From Octopus vulgaris (Eukaryota), in NCBI GenBank assembly GCA_951406725.2, contig OX597821.1, forward strand, positions 32,798,001 to 32,862,000: a stretch of DNA of 64,000 bases. Reading direction: 5' to 3'. Below, piece after piece: positions 41,906-55,805 of the stretch (within the stretch, counting starts at the first letter, position 1; every line of letters begins with the position of its first letter). A program made the position numbers and the translations under genes. The notes under the pieces are model-generated. The model searched no databases. It saw nothing but the letters and a program-made list of their open reading frames with translations, and was not told the origin of the DNA.

Positions 41906-42220
41906 GTTATGTCTGTGCTCTAGTGGCGTCAGAATGTTTCTTAGCCAAACTCATTGCTGATAGCGATATCGTTTACAGTGAACATCAAATTTTTTATAGC
42001 TGTACAGTCGATTTTTTAACAAAGAGAACTCATAAAATATATCCCCTATGTGTCATGTAACATAAAAGTAAATTGTTCAAGACAAACAATACATGAAGCA
42101 TATTAAAAATATATGTGTATTTGTGTGTACGCCTGTATGTATGTATGTATATCCATCTATCTATATCTATATGAACATATATATATGCATATATATATAC
42201 ATATATATATATACATCCAC

Positions 42221-42251
<31 letters not shown>

Positions 42252-42934
42252 CATATACATATATATATACATATATATATATATATATGCATATATATAT
42301 ATATATAAATACACACATATATATATACTTATATATACATATATATATATACATATATATATACATATATACATATATATATATATGTATATACATGTAT
42401 ATGTGTGTGTGTGAGTGTGTGTGTGTGTGTACATATATACACAGAGTTACGTGCATGGGTGTGAAGTTATGACGTTGCGCGACTGAGATACAGAGATGTT
42501 CAGCAACAAGGGAATAATAGATAAGATGTGAACATGTGATTCAGTTGTAAATTGATTTTCAGTTGTGATTTCCAAGAAACACGAAGTTTCTATAGTGTAG
42601 CATTCAGTTGATGATACACATGTCCACCCTAAATATTTATTATTCTCTCACTTACCGATTCCATGTCTTGAAGAATTGATATCAGAATTGAAACTCATAA
42701 TTCTTTGACAACAGCGTACTTAACATTCCGTTTGTAATGATGTTGCCGCTTGCATCAGGACATTATGCCGCATGGGATATTATACAGTAATGTACTGGTG
42801 TCATGATGCCGATCTGTCAGTTTATTCTCAGATATACTATCAGCCCTATCAATCTGTAATATGGATATACTTACAGACGGTTTTTGTGGTGGGGGACATC
42901 ACAATATATGAGAGCAAACTTTATAAAACCAGAG
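41906..42934 (+). CDS. Two open, phase-compatible candidate exons: sushi-like (41906-42056) and FTP-like (42759-42934)
   Basis: cctcag|[50 protein letters not shown]|gtaa joins in phase 2 to catcag|(M)[58 protein letters not shown]|gtacgc. [16 protein letters not shown] resembles FTP W.VDL...F.V..V.IY. Confidence 0.45.
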
Positions 42935-43939
42935 GTACGCTTTCTGTGTACTATCAAAACTATCTAACTTCTCATATGATCATTTCCTAAATGTAAACAA
43001 AAAATGAACTAAGTATTAAAAATTAAACCACTGAAGGAACCTCTAATCGTTCGTTCAAACTCTTAGATATAGCCGTCAAATGTCAACAGATTGCACCTTA
43101 CGATGTTAAAAATTTCACTTGTACCCCTGATAGTACTTAGTGGAGATGGGCAGAAGACAGCAGTGAATTCCTACAGTTGAAAGTGTAATCTTTTTGATCC
43201 TTGAAAAAAAGTTTCAAATTTGATCCAGCTTTACAGGCATTCTGAAGTCGCATGTAAAAATGTTTCGGATACATCCTTCCTCTGAAAGAGTATATTTGAT
43301 ATTAGCATAAATAATAAACTGCATATTATTGGCCTTACTAGACATTAATTAACATATATCAATCAAAGAAAAATTGAATCTCATCGCAGATTTTGAGCTG
43401 GATATAAAAATTCAGTTGATATGTACATTTTATGTGTAGACATTAAGTTAGGAATACTTTAGACAGTTGTACTGCACCGCTATTCTATGTTGATTCTAAT
43501 GAATATATGCGATTGTTTTATATGAAAATACCTAAAACCTATCAAAACTCAATTTTACACTACATGGATTATAATATTGGAGGATTCTTAAAATAAAGTA
43601 TGGCATACTAAAACCTTACTGATATAAAAACAAATGTATTATATAATCAATGTTAAAAGTGATATTCATGGATAATATTACACTTGATTCTTAGTTCAAA
43701 AGCGATGAGAAAATGAGAAATTTCTCACAAATTCTTGTGAACATGCCATCATAAGACTCACGATATAATCTATAACACAGAAGTGCAAAAGAAATATGTA
43801 CATACTTTAATATATCATTTGGGGGTTTCTTACTTTTTAGAAGAACTATTATAGAATAAACTACATGTCTTAACATGAAACCTCCACTATAAAGTAGTTA
43901 ACATTACATATTCTTTCCTTGACAATTATAACATATAAT

Positions 43940-44340
43940 ATTGGTTTCAAATTTTGACACAAGGCCAGCAGATTTGGGAGAGAAGTCGGTAGATTACATC
44001 TCCCCCCAATGTTCAACTAGTACTTATTTTATTGACCCCGAATGGATGAAAGGCAAAGACAACCATGGTGGAATCTGAACTCAGAACATAAAGACAGACG
44101 AAACACCTATTTCTTTACTACTCACAAGGGGCTAAACATAGAGCGGACAAACAAGGACAGACACACGGATTAAGTCGATTACATCGACCCCAGTGCGTAA
44201 CTGGTACTTAATTTATCGACCCCGAAAGGATGAAAGGCAAAGTCGACCTCGGCGGAATTTGAACTCAGAACGCACCGGCGGACGAAATACCACAAGGCAT
44301 TTCGCCCGGCGTGCTAACGTTTCTGCCAGCTCGCCGCCTT
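43940..44340 (-). mobile_element. SINE family B with two tandem units
   Basis: Reverse complement of the 28273 family, with the head aaggcggcgagctggcagaaacgttagcacgccgggcg ending at 44340. Confidence 0.9.
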
Positions 44341-45019
44341 TATGATAAGATATAATATAAGAATATTAATTTGAATGAATTGTTTTAAACGTCGTAATAG
44401 TCCTACGATAATCATCCTAAGAAATCATATCGTCCAATCAAAATGATTTCTCAGGACAATTACCGCGAAACATCGAAGCTAATTAGAATGCGCAAATTAA
44501 TATTCGTTACAAAGGCTGCTTCCGTCGGAAATAGCTAATTTATACACAGTCCACCAGTTTTTTGTGACATCACTAGCTGCTTTTTCAATCGGTTTGACAG
44601 GATTCCGTGCTGGCATTCGAGGGTAGGATGCCTGTCGCTGATGATGCATAATTTACGCTGAAATCACGTGATACAACAGTATCGTCTGCCGATATCTTCA
44701 GTGTTTTTTATCGCTTAGCATCTATTCAAGATGATTTCTTAGGAAGATTACTGCAGCTCACGGTGTTTAAAACAATAAATCCAAGTTAAACTGGGTATAC
44801 AACATTACACATCACACCACAACACACCACCCACATACCCATCCCCACATTTTCACACCTACACATACATACACCCACATGTCCAGACCACCAGCCCTCT
44901 TTCACATTCACATGCATACTCTCTTATACACACACGCACCTTCGTGTTGGGGGTCATCTTTACTTTGTTATCTCCCCTACTTTCCTTCTCGTGTGTGACC
45001 CTTCTGTCCGAGTTAGACG

Positions 45020-45210
45020 CAATGATAGATCGTTAGCCACTACACACATTTTTTTCTCTCCTTGTTTTTTCTGTGTCCCTTTATGTAGAAGAGCGTAGGC
45101 TCGAAATGTAAAAGACTTTTTCTATTCCTGAGCGTTATACTAATACATCTGTTTGTTTTGTACACCACCTGTCTTCGTCTTTTGTGTTTTTTTTGCGTAA
45201 ATTTCCCCTA
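45020..45210 (+). mobile_element. Penelope-like terminal fragment, second copy
   Basis: Matches the reverse complement of 37308-37470. Its hammerhead-like motif is more mutated. Confidence 0.65.
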
Positions 45211-45229
45211 AATATATACATATATAAAC

Positions 45230-45230
<1 letters not shown>

Positions 45231-45310
<80 letters not shown>

Positions 45311-45323
45311 CAGACAGACAAAG

Positions 45324-45422
<99 letters not shown>

Positions 45423-45428
45423 CAGATA
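45231..45428. repeat. (GATA)n microsatellite
   Basis: Directly visible; similar tracts at 46080-46160 and 51690-51775. Confidence 0.95.
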
Positions 45429-46078
45429 TGTATATATACACATGTATATATATAGAAAATGACGTGATTAACTTACATCATAGTTGAGGCATCTTTGATC
45501 CGAGGTGTACTAGTTCAGAAACTACCTGGGGAAAACAACGACTATTGTCTGATGTAGTCCTGAAAAATCGTTGAAGCGTGGCCGGTATGTAGGGGATTTA
45601 ATGACTGCTTCGTTCATAGGCTAACACGCATGTAATACTGCAAACAAAGGACAATAACAGCTACTACTACTACAGCTAGCACCATTACTACTACAACGCC
45701 GACGACAAAGACTACGATGTCTAGGTGGAGATTTGAATTCAAACCCGAGCAGTTAGTGAATCTTCTATAACATATTTACATTCAACTAAGTCCGCGCTTG
45801 ATTTATTGCTTATTTAAACTGTCACTGACAAACGTCTTTATTCGGCTGCAGCTGCATGTATAGCAGATTGAGATTTTATGATTTTTTTTCTTTTTCCTTC
45901 TTGAATTATTTAACGAAAATAAATAAGCTGAATTAGTAAAAAAAATAATAAAAAAAGCAAAATGGAAGAAATATCATATATGAAAAGATTTGTTGCATCA
46001 ATACATATTAAACGAAAGCCTTAGGAACTTTTCAGAAGAAAAGATTTGGGGTTGTTCGTTTGATTTCTTTATTGTACC

Positions 46079-46160
<82 letters not shown>

Positions 46161-46388
46161 TACACATACGTACTTACATACATACATTTATGTTTCCGTG
46201 TTTATATATTGTTTTTATCCCATTTTTGTAATTTTTATCATTAAAAAGTGATATGTCATATCAATATATATATATATAATACATTGAAGCGCGAAAAAAT
46301 ATTTTTCTTACGTGTCAACACAATTAAGCGCATTTATTTTGTCCAATTCAAGAGGATGTATGATTGCTATAATACATGCATATCTCTC

Positions 46389-46455
<67 letters not shown>

Positions 46456-46632
46456 CTCACTCTTCCGATATTACACAGATACACACACATACACACAAGC
46501 ACACAAAGAAATATATATTCTATATATATGTGTGTGTGTGTATGTTATACAAATATAAACATTTTTTCACACATGCGAAGACATGCTAACAACACATTAT
46601 ACATATATATGTATGGACGTATATATATATAT

Positions 46633-46666
<34 letters not shown>

Positions 46667-47065
46667 TCGCATGCACACATCTTACGCACATATACTCGTA
46701 TGTATGTATATATGTATGTATGCACGCATGCATGTATGCAAACATCCATACGACTTCACATATATACACATATCTATACTCATTCATTTTTATTTTCCAA
46801 TTTCTTACATTTTTCACAATCCCCAGAACAGGAAGTAAAAGTTTAATGATTTTAAATAACATAAAAAATAACTTTCGAAAGAAACAAATTAGCATGAAGA
46901 TAGGAAAAAATATATGAATTATATTTTTAAGAAAATTTTACTTTCTGAAACAGGAAGTGAAAGTTTAAATATCATAACAGTAGAAGAAGAAGAAATAAAT
47001 AATTGAATACATGTATATATTTATGTATAAATATATAAATTTATATGTACGTATATGTAATTATA

Positions 47066-47118
<53 letters not shown>

Positions 47119-47320
47119 CAAAATAGAAAAAGAGAAAGATAAGATTTGAGTTACCAACAATAACCAAAGCGAAAGTAAGCGCAGAATAGGTGAAACAAGT
47201 TTTTCATTAAATAACAACTGCAAAACAAGGAAACTATAGTGGCAGCAACAAAACGCTAAGAGCCACATTATTTTTGTTTTTTTGTTGTTGTTTTTTTGTA
47301 AACTGCACATATTAAATCGA

Positions 47321-47742
47321 TTTTTCAGAGAACATACAAGAAAAGTAGGAATCGAAGGGATGGCGGGGTTCATACTGAAAAAAATTAATAAATATGGGTA
47401 AAATTTCAAACATGGAATAGTTCTAATATCAACATATAATTTTTTTTTTATGTGTATTGGTGTGAGTGTGTGTGTGTATGTCTGCGTGCATGCGTTTGAG
47501 TTTATGCGTATGCGTCCTGTTCATATGCGTTTGCGGGTTTTATATGTATGCGTGTTTATTCTATACCCTTGTGTGTTCTGTATGTGTTTGTTGTATATAT
47601 TTGTGCGGGCTTTTGTGTGCCTATTTATCAACAGTAGCAAACTAAACAAACGTAAAAAATGAAAATAAACTGAGCAAATGCTAAAAAATGGAAAGGAAGG
47701 AGAAAATGACAGCAGCTACAAAAGAAAAGTAAAAAGGAATAA

Positions 47743-47776
<34 letters not shown>

Positions 47777-48698
47777 AACAGCAATGACAACGAAAATAAT
47801 AATAATTCTATTGAAAACGACAAGAACAGCTATAGGTGTCATTTATAAGAATTGAAAGATCGATGAAGATGACTATCGGTTTTATTATCATCACCATCAT
47901 TACCTTCATCTTCATCATTATCATCAACGCTGTTGTCATTTTCAATATCATAATCATTTTCTTAAACTTCATAATTGTAATCATCAGCATTATCATACTC
48001 AACTTCATAAATATCTCCAACATCTTATGCACCGTCATGATCATTGCCTCATAGTCTTCATAATCACCTTCTTTAGTATTATTCCATTATCTATGCTTTC
48101 TTTCTTCTATATCTACTTTACACTTCTTCTAAAACAACTTTTCGCCTCCCTCTTAAACTTATGCATCAATTGCAAATTTTCAAAACATTATTGTTATTAT
48201 ATTATTCCACAGAGGTCGATTTTACCTTTCCTTCTTTTGAACGAGATAAAATAAGTACCGGTTAAGTACTGAGATAGATCTAATCGACTTATTGTTATTA
48301 CCATTATAATCTTTTAAGGAGGCGTGTTGGCTGAATGGTTAGTGGGGCGGGCAAAATGCACAGCGCCATTTCTTTCGGCTTTATGCTGAGAGTTCAAATT
48401 CCACCGAAATTGACCTTGACTTTCATCCTTTCATCCATGTAATAGTTGAACACTGTGGTTGATGTAATCGACCTAGCACTCAAACAAATCTCAAACCTTA
48501 CTCCTACAGTAGAAAGAATTATTATTGCAATCTTACTTTTGCTTCAGTTTCGCGTGACAAGATTGCTAGTTGGGTCTTGTTGAATTTTAACACCCTGCTT
48601 TAAATATATACTTCAACCCCATCGAAATTACATTTTGTCAATGTAGGGTTGATGAATTAAGTAACAAAGTCAGAACAAGCTAGGTAATGACTTTAATC

Positions 48699-48779
<81 letters not shown>

Positions 48780-49404
48780 TCGAAAAAAAAACACCTGTTA
48801 TCAATTCAAAATGAACAATTAAATTACACCATCCAGAATTACACCATCCAGAAAATTACATATAATAGAAATATTAATATTAAAATAACAATAAAATGTC
48901 AAAGATTAAGTCAATTGCGAAATAATTCTTTTTTGCAATTTACTTAATCTTTGACACTGTTATTTGTAACACATATTTCCAGTCCTTTTCCACAAGGATT
49001 CGACTATGAGAGCATTGTATCTTACAGCAGGAACAGCAGTAAGCTAATGGCGTTCATGACCAATGATTAAAATGACCAATTCTAATTTCAATCATTCATA
49101 TATATACATACATATATAGAATATTTATGTTTATATATATATACACACAAGCGTATAGAATAAACACGCACACATATAAAGCCCGCAAACACATATGAAC
49201 AGGATGCATACACATAAACTCAAACGCATGCATGCAGACATACACACACACACACACACACTCACACCAATACACATAAAAAAAATTATATGTTGATATT
49301 AGAACTATTCCATGCTTGAAATTTTACCCATATTTATTAATTTTTTTTCAATATGAACCCCGCCATCCCTTCGATTCCTACTTTCCTTGTATGTTCTCTG
49401 AAAA
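47321..49404. repeat. ~255-bp inverted duplication (47321-47575 versus 49144-49404)
   Basis: ttttcagagaacatacaag...attctatac matches the reverse complement of gtatagaataaacacg...cttgtatgttctctgaaaa, with about nine substitutions and one TG-tract length difference. Confidence 0.92.
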
Positions 49405-49421
49405 GAATATCTATATATATA

Positions 49422-49602
49422 ATTAAAATTAATCAAAGGACATTCTAAGTATGTCTACCTGCTTGAAATAACAGTCAAATCTCTTGTTAAATCGCCAAAA
49501 AGTACAGTTTTCATCAGTGTACTTTTGGGCGATATAATAAGTGTTTTGACTGTTATTTCAAGCAGGTAGACATATTTAGTATGTCCTTTGATTAATTTTA
49601 AT
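49422..49602. repeat. Fold-back palindrome with ~85-bp arms and an 11-nt loop
   Basis: attaaaattaatcaaaggaca...aaaagtaca / tgtactttt...tgtcctttgattaattttaat, with a few mismatches. Confidence 0.92.
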
Positions 49603-49735
49603 CCCTCGGCTATTTAATGCTATTTTGGGGCCTGCTATCGCCTGTGTCATTAATTTTGTTATTATCATTTTTAAAATAGTTACATTGGATAATAATAGAA
49701 TTAATTACACCTTCGTAAATTAATATTTATATATG

Positions 49736-49785
<50 letters not shown>

Positions 49786-49882
49786 TATATATATATTAAT
49801 TTACGAAGTTGTAATTAATTCTATTATTATCCAGTGTAAATCAATGTACATATATATATGCATATATATGTATGTATGTATG

Positions 49883-49914
<32 letters not shown>

Positions 49915-50109
49915 TGTATGTATGTATGTATGTATGTATGTATGTATGTATGTATGTATATATGCATGTATGTATGTATATCAAGATAGTAACTACATTG
50001 TTTCAAAACATTTTGAACATAATAAATACCTTACAATAATTTTGTCATGATTAAGCCGCTATTTTGAAAATACATTAACATGAAACATTGATGGAAGGGC
50101 TTATTTTAG

Positions 50110-50371
50110 GTGGATTTAAAATATGAACTTTGTATCATAGAACCAAGGGCAGTCTTAGGTGGGTTGGCAGCGTTTGTAGAGCTCGCTAACTCCGCACGCC
50201 TGGGTTGTGGACGACGATTCTTGTCTAAGCTAATATTTAGTAGCGTCAAATACGAGAATTCAAGATTTGCGAATCAAAGCCGAAGACTGTACGTATTGCA
50301 CTGCCTCATCAATATTCTATTTTAACCTGAAGTGCTATGTTTATCGTTGGTTACAACTGATGAGATGTCAG
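50110..50371 (+). pseudogene. FTP C-half pseudo-exon
   Basis: ttttag|VDLKYELCIIEPRAVLGGLAAFVELANSARLGCGRRFLSKLIFSS (1-nt loss) QIREFKICESKPKTVRIALPHQYSILT*SAMFIVGY...|gtaaaa fits VDL...CG...F.C....VRI.LP...LT....V.G. Confidence 0.5.
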
Positions 50372-50868
50372 GTAAAAAGCTGCGCGTGGCAATTGGCGCA
50401 CAAAGCTAATAACATCAATAACAACAAAGAGCACTATAGCAACTTCTACATTCGTCTAATCTTGTAACTTCTAATAATCATTTTTCAGTTAGTTTTGATA
50501 ATACAATCTTTATTGCTGTTTTTAGTATTTCAAAACTTTTCAAAGTTCGTTTTTGATCTTTTCTACATATTATGCTGCTTTTATATTGCATCACTTTCTC
50601 TTTCACTGTCTTCCAGTACCTTTCATTTGTAATTCTTTGTCACGAAGTTTATTGCAAAATACTATGCTTCGGTGAATGTCTTACAAGATAACATATATTT
50701 TATATTCTTACTTTGGAAATATCTTAGGATTATTATAAGCACATCATTACAAAGTTTAGGAATCATTGACAGACTGTCAGTGACAACTAGTGGGATATAT
50801 ATTTCTATATCATCTCAGATTAGATTTCATTGTATTTCTACATTTTTTACCTTACTTAATGGTATGCT

Positions 50869-50921
<53 letters not shown>

Positions 50922-51106
50922 CTATAATATATATATATATATATGTATCTAATAATATATATGTGTGTGTGTGTTAAAACATGAATATTTGTGAATATAT
51001 TCATAAAATAAAATATATATACATTTATATCAATATATATCTATATATACAATATATATACATAGACATATACATATGAATTATATTCAATATATGGACA
51101 TCTACC

Positions 51107-51166
<60 letters not shown>

Positions 51167-51244
51167 TACATATGCATGTAAATTATATTCATATATATAT
51201 ATATGGATATATACCACTACATATATATATACATATATATATAT

Positions 51245-51289
<45 letters not shown>

Positions 51290-51690
51290 GATATTTATTC
51301 AGCTAACACGATTTGTTGCTTTATAAAATGCATATTAAATACATGTAAGATTGTTTAAAGCCATTACTTCATATTTTAGCATAAGCAGCAGAGTTATGTA
51401 ATTCTACATACCAGAAAAATCATCGACTAACCAGACGTTTTCTTAAATTTTTATACTGAAATTTCCTTCTCTCACTCGAAATGTTTAGTTCAAATTGACA
51501 ATTATAGAGTATTACTGGGCCAAGCCACTTGAAGACATACTCTGCTAGCGAATTAACAATTCATATTTGTATGCAGTACGTATGCGTCGGGTGCGTATAC
51601 ACATGCATACAATACGCACACGTATTTATACATGTATGTATACCCATTTGCAAATTTGTATGAATATGTATGTACTTAGACACACACATG

Positions 51691-51775
<85 letters not shown>

Positions 51776-52256
51776 TGACACGCAGGCAGGCAGACAGATA
51801 GACTGACGGACGGACAGACAGACGAATGGACAGATAAAAAGATAGATATCTATGTCTCAGTTCATAAATATGCATACAAATTTACGTTTTCTGTAAATTT
51901 GAATTATATATATATGCCAAAAATATGCGTGAGCGTATCTCTTTTATATATGTATATATACATGTATGTGTTTGTTTGTTAATATTATGTATAGATATTT
52001 GCACACACACACACACACATACGCACACACACACACACACACATACACACACACACACCCATATATATATATAGATAGGTAGATATATTAATAGTTATCG
52101 CCAAGCTAATACGGCAGTCCAGAAATATAGGACGAATGCTGCCGTTGATTAGCTCCAAGAGGCTATCGCCTCTAGCTAGCTATGTGACACACGAACCTGT
52201 GTCCATTATAACCTTCGAATAGGGGAGGTCAGCCGCTTCCCCTTGCTGGTCAGGCA

Positions 52257-52299
52257 TCTGCAGACTAGTTTCAGGGTATTTGCCCTTTATCAATGCAGA
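52257..52299 (-). ncRNA. Minimal type I hammerhead ribozyme with a U3-A8 variant core
   Basis: Minus strand tctgca TTGATAA aggg-caaata-ccct GAAA c-ta-GTC tgcaga: 6-bp stem I, 4-bp stem II, palindromic stem III (actagt) and a GUC cleavage triplet. Confidence 0.8.
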
Positions 52300-52487
52300 G
52301 CAGCCGAACCCAGCAGGGTTAAATAGAGTTAAACGCAGGTGTTATTCAAATTATTTTACTTCCTACAGATGTTTCGAAGATATCACTGGTATTATTCCAA
52401 AGGAATAAAATGGTGTAAAATAATGTGTCTTTCAGAACGATGATGATAATAATAATAACAACAAATATAATAATAATAATAATAATG

Positions 52488-52550
<63 letters not shown>

Positions 52551-52552
<2 letters not shown>

Positions 52553-53100
52553 TGCCTTGATGTACAACCAGGCAGTGGCTCTCATGGCTTCTTAACTGAT
52601 TGGAAGTGTTATCATGTACGTTGTTTTCTCTTAGTATAAAAACTGGGTACAGCAAATATTCTGCTCAATACACAGACTTGCTTGTCAGTAGCTTGATCTT
52701 AGCCAGATGAGTTTGTCCTTTGGTGGTTGATGATATGTGCCTTTCTAATCACGAGTAGAAGCAGGGGGCAACATCATAGCCATGTGTTGAGAGGAATTCT
52801 TTGGAGTTTGGATAATTCACCCCTGAAAACATGGATGTTTTGTTCATTATCCTTAAAAAGCCATATTCAGAGACCTTTTGAGCAGGATAGGCTACACAAC
52901 CTGAAAAAAATTCTAACTAGTCCCCACCTGCAAGGTCATGCGTTGTTTATCTTGATATGTGATTACTATGTCGCGCACATATGGCTGTGATGCATATGCC
53001 TGGAATACTCTTATCAGGCGTGTAGTCATGATGGATATACTGAGCTTCGTATATTTCACTCCAGTGTCACTTTGATGGCATGCACTGCTCTCTCACTGAG
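52551..53100 (+). mobile_element. Second copy of the ~540-bp AAT-tailed repeat
   Basis: Colinear with 30640-31185 and flanked by (AAT)n on both sides. Confidence 0.8.
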
Positions 53101-53126
53101 TAATAATAATATTAATAATAATGATA

Positions 53127-53259
<133 letters not shown>

Positions 53260-53517
53260 TCATTATTATCATTATTATGATTATGATTATGATTATTATT
53301 ATTATTATTATTATTATTATAATTATTATTATTATTGCTACATATAATTTAAAAGTTAAATAGCAATCCGTTTCAGATAACGTCTTTTTACCACTGAGTA
53401 GGAAAATAATTATTTTTCCTGAGTATATAACAAGATTAAAGTGGAAGTGTTTGATAAAATAATAAGAAAATATGAGTGTCTCTAGATAAGCGTAAATCAT
53501 ACTTGTTTCTGTTGTTG

Positions 53518-53900
53518 ATGCTGCTGTTGCTGTTGAGCGAACGGTCTTCGTCCCAGAGCTCGCAAGATGGGAGAATTTCGAAACATGGTCCTTTGCTATT
53601 CGTAAGACCCGCAGAAGAGAAAGCAGGTCAACCCCCAACACCGAGAGCATCTGCGGATGGCTGAATGCGCATCCAGGCTCGGCGGTTGCATAGGAAGTCG
53701 GGGACAAGAAACGGGAAGAAAGAGTGAGAGAAAGTTGGAGCGAAAGAGTACAACAGGGGTCGCCACCACCCCCTGCCGGAGCCTCGTGGAGCTTTAGGTG
53801 TTTTCGCTCAATAAACACACACAACGCCCGGTCAGGGAATCGAAACCGCGATCCTCCGACCGCGAGTCCGCTGCCCTAACCATTGGGCCATTACGCCTCC
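53518..53900 (-). mobile_element. tRNA-derived SINE family C, tail type 2
   Basis: Minus-strand head ggaggcgtaatggcccaatggttagggcagcggactcgcggtcg...gagcgaaaacaccta matches 35187, but the 3' part differs. Confidence 0.88.
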
Positions 53901-54452
53901 ACGTTGTTGAGGCTCCTGCTGCAGCTGATCTTTCTATTGATGTTAATGATGACGATTAGCATCTGATTGTGTTGACCTATGATCAAAAACGTACCCAGCT
54001 TATCCTTTTTTTTCCGTAAATATATAGCAAGGACTACATTATCCATCGTGTCTTTCCTTTTGTAAAACGACATAATGTAATTTGAAATTGCGGTTGATAT
54101 TTCTAGCAGATCAAAACAATATCACAGAGACTTCCGCATCGGCTGGGATAAATTATATCCCCCCGATGAGAACGGAAAATGAGAATGTATTTTTGTTACT
54201 GCGAAGATTTTGACATTCACATGATAATGATAATAGCGATGTTGATGATGATGACGACGACGACGACGACGACGATGATGATGATGATGATGATGAGGAT
54301 GATGAGGATATTTTGGAAGTATGTTTAGGGACTTAATCCATCGACTCAAAAGCAGTTTATGACAGTTACACCTTTCATCGATCCTAAGAAAGGATAAAAG
54401 ACACATTCGACAAAAAAAAGAGATCAACATCATCATAAACATCATCAACAAG

Positions 54453-54483
<31 letters not shown>

Positions 54484-55760
54484 GGAAACCAAAAATAATT
54501 TCAAAAAAATTTATACGTTCAACAAAGCCACTAATATGTGCGTGAGTGATTGTGGCCGCTTGAATCGATTAAAAGAAAGTGACTAGCACTAACTTCATTG
54601 AACACCGAGGAACGCAACAAAGTGGGCATTGATGAACTCAGAACACAGAATGTACTGTGACAAAGCTATAAGCTATTAGATGCTTGATCAAATCAAGAAC
54701 GTAACTGTCGTAACTTAACAGCGCAAATTAAATTAATCGGCGCTCTACCGACTCTCTCACGTCTGTCAGCAAAAGCTGAAATAATTATTTGGTTCCGGAT
54801 TCACTCCCACTTGTCAAAAGAAAGAGAATTGTTTCTAAGCATATCCTTCTTTTGTTTTCTGTAGAGAATCTTTGTTTGTTTGTTTGTTTTTTTTTGTTTT
54901 TTTGCAAAGAGTGAAAAGAGTAACAAGAGCATACATCTTATTGCATATAATTCTTTTATTATAATTCTTTATCGTTATCATAGTAGCTGATATCATTTGA
55001 TATCATTTGCGTATGATATCATTTCATCGTGTTTGGAAATTTCAGCACCACATAACTTGTGTGTGTGTATGCGTGTGTGTGTGCATGCGTGTATGGGTAT
55101 GGATGTCAGTGGTTTTCCACCATCACCGCTTGACAACAGGTATTGGCGTGTTTACGTACCCGTAACTTAGCAGTTCGACAAAAAGACAGAATAATTACCA
55201 GGCTTAAAAAGAAAAGAAAAGCACTGGAAGTCGATTAGTTTGACTAAAATTCCTGAAGCATATTGAATCAGTCATCGAATTCAACTGGTTCTTTGTTAAT
55301 CGTCATAGAAAGTATGAAACACAAAGTAGACCTGAGCAAAATTTCAACTCAGAACGTTAAAAGACGTAGCTCGGTGCCATTGGGGATTAGTTCCGATGAG
55401 AGGCATTGCCATTTTTGTCATCGATAGTACCAACACATTGTGGGAATATGGATTGCTTATAACTGCTCACATCTTAGCACAGGCATTCTGGTGAAGTTTC
55501 CAGACGAAAAAAAAAACTTTATTATATCCTTCCTCAGTAGCCAAGACCTATGATTTCTATACAAAGAGTATGAATAACAGCAACAACCACATTACTACTA
55601 CTACTACTACTACTACTACTAATACTAATACTACTACTACTAATACTACTACTACTACAAAAATAATAGCGACGATGATAATAACAATAGTAATAACAAT
55701 AACAACAATAACAATAACTGCAACAAGAACAACAACAACAACGACAACAACAACAATAAA

Positions 55761-55805
<45 letters not shown>

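Noticed and set aside
43040-43190. Reading KCQQIAPYDVKNFTCTP as an FTP exon
   Set aside because: It overlaps a degenerate dispersed repeat also seen near 35670 and 54040-54110, and it contains stops.
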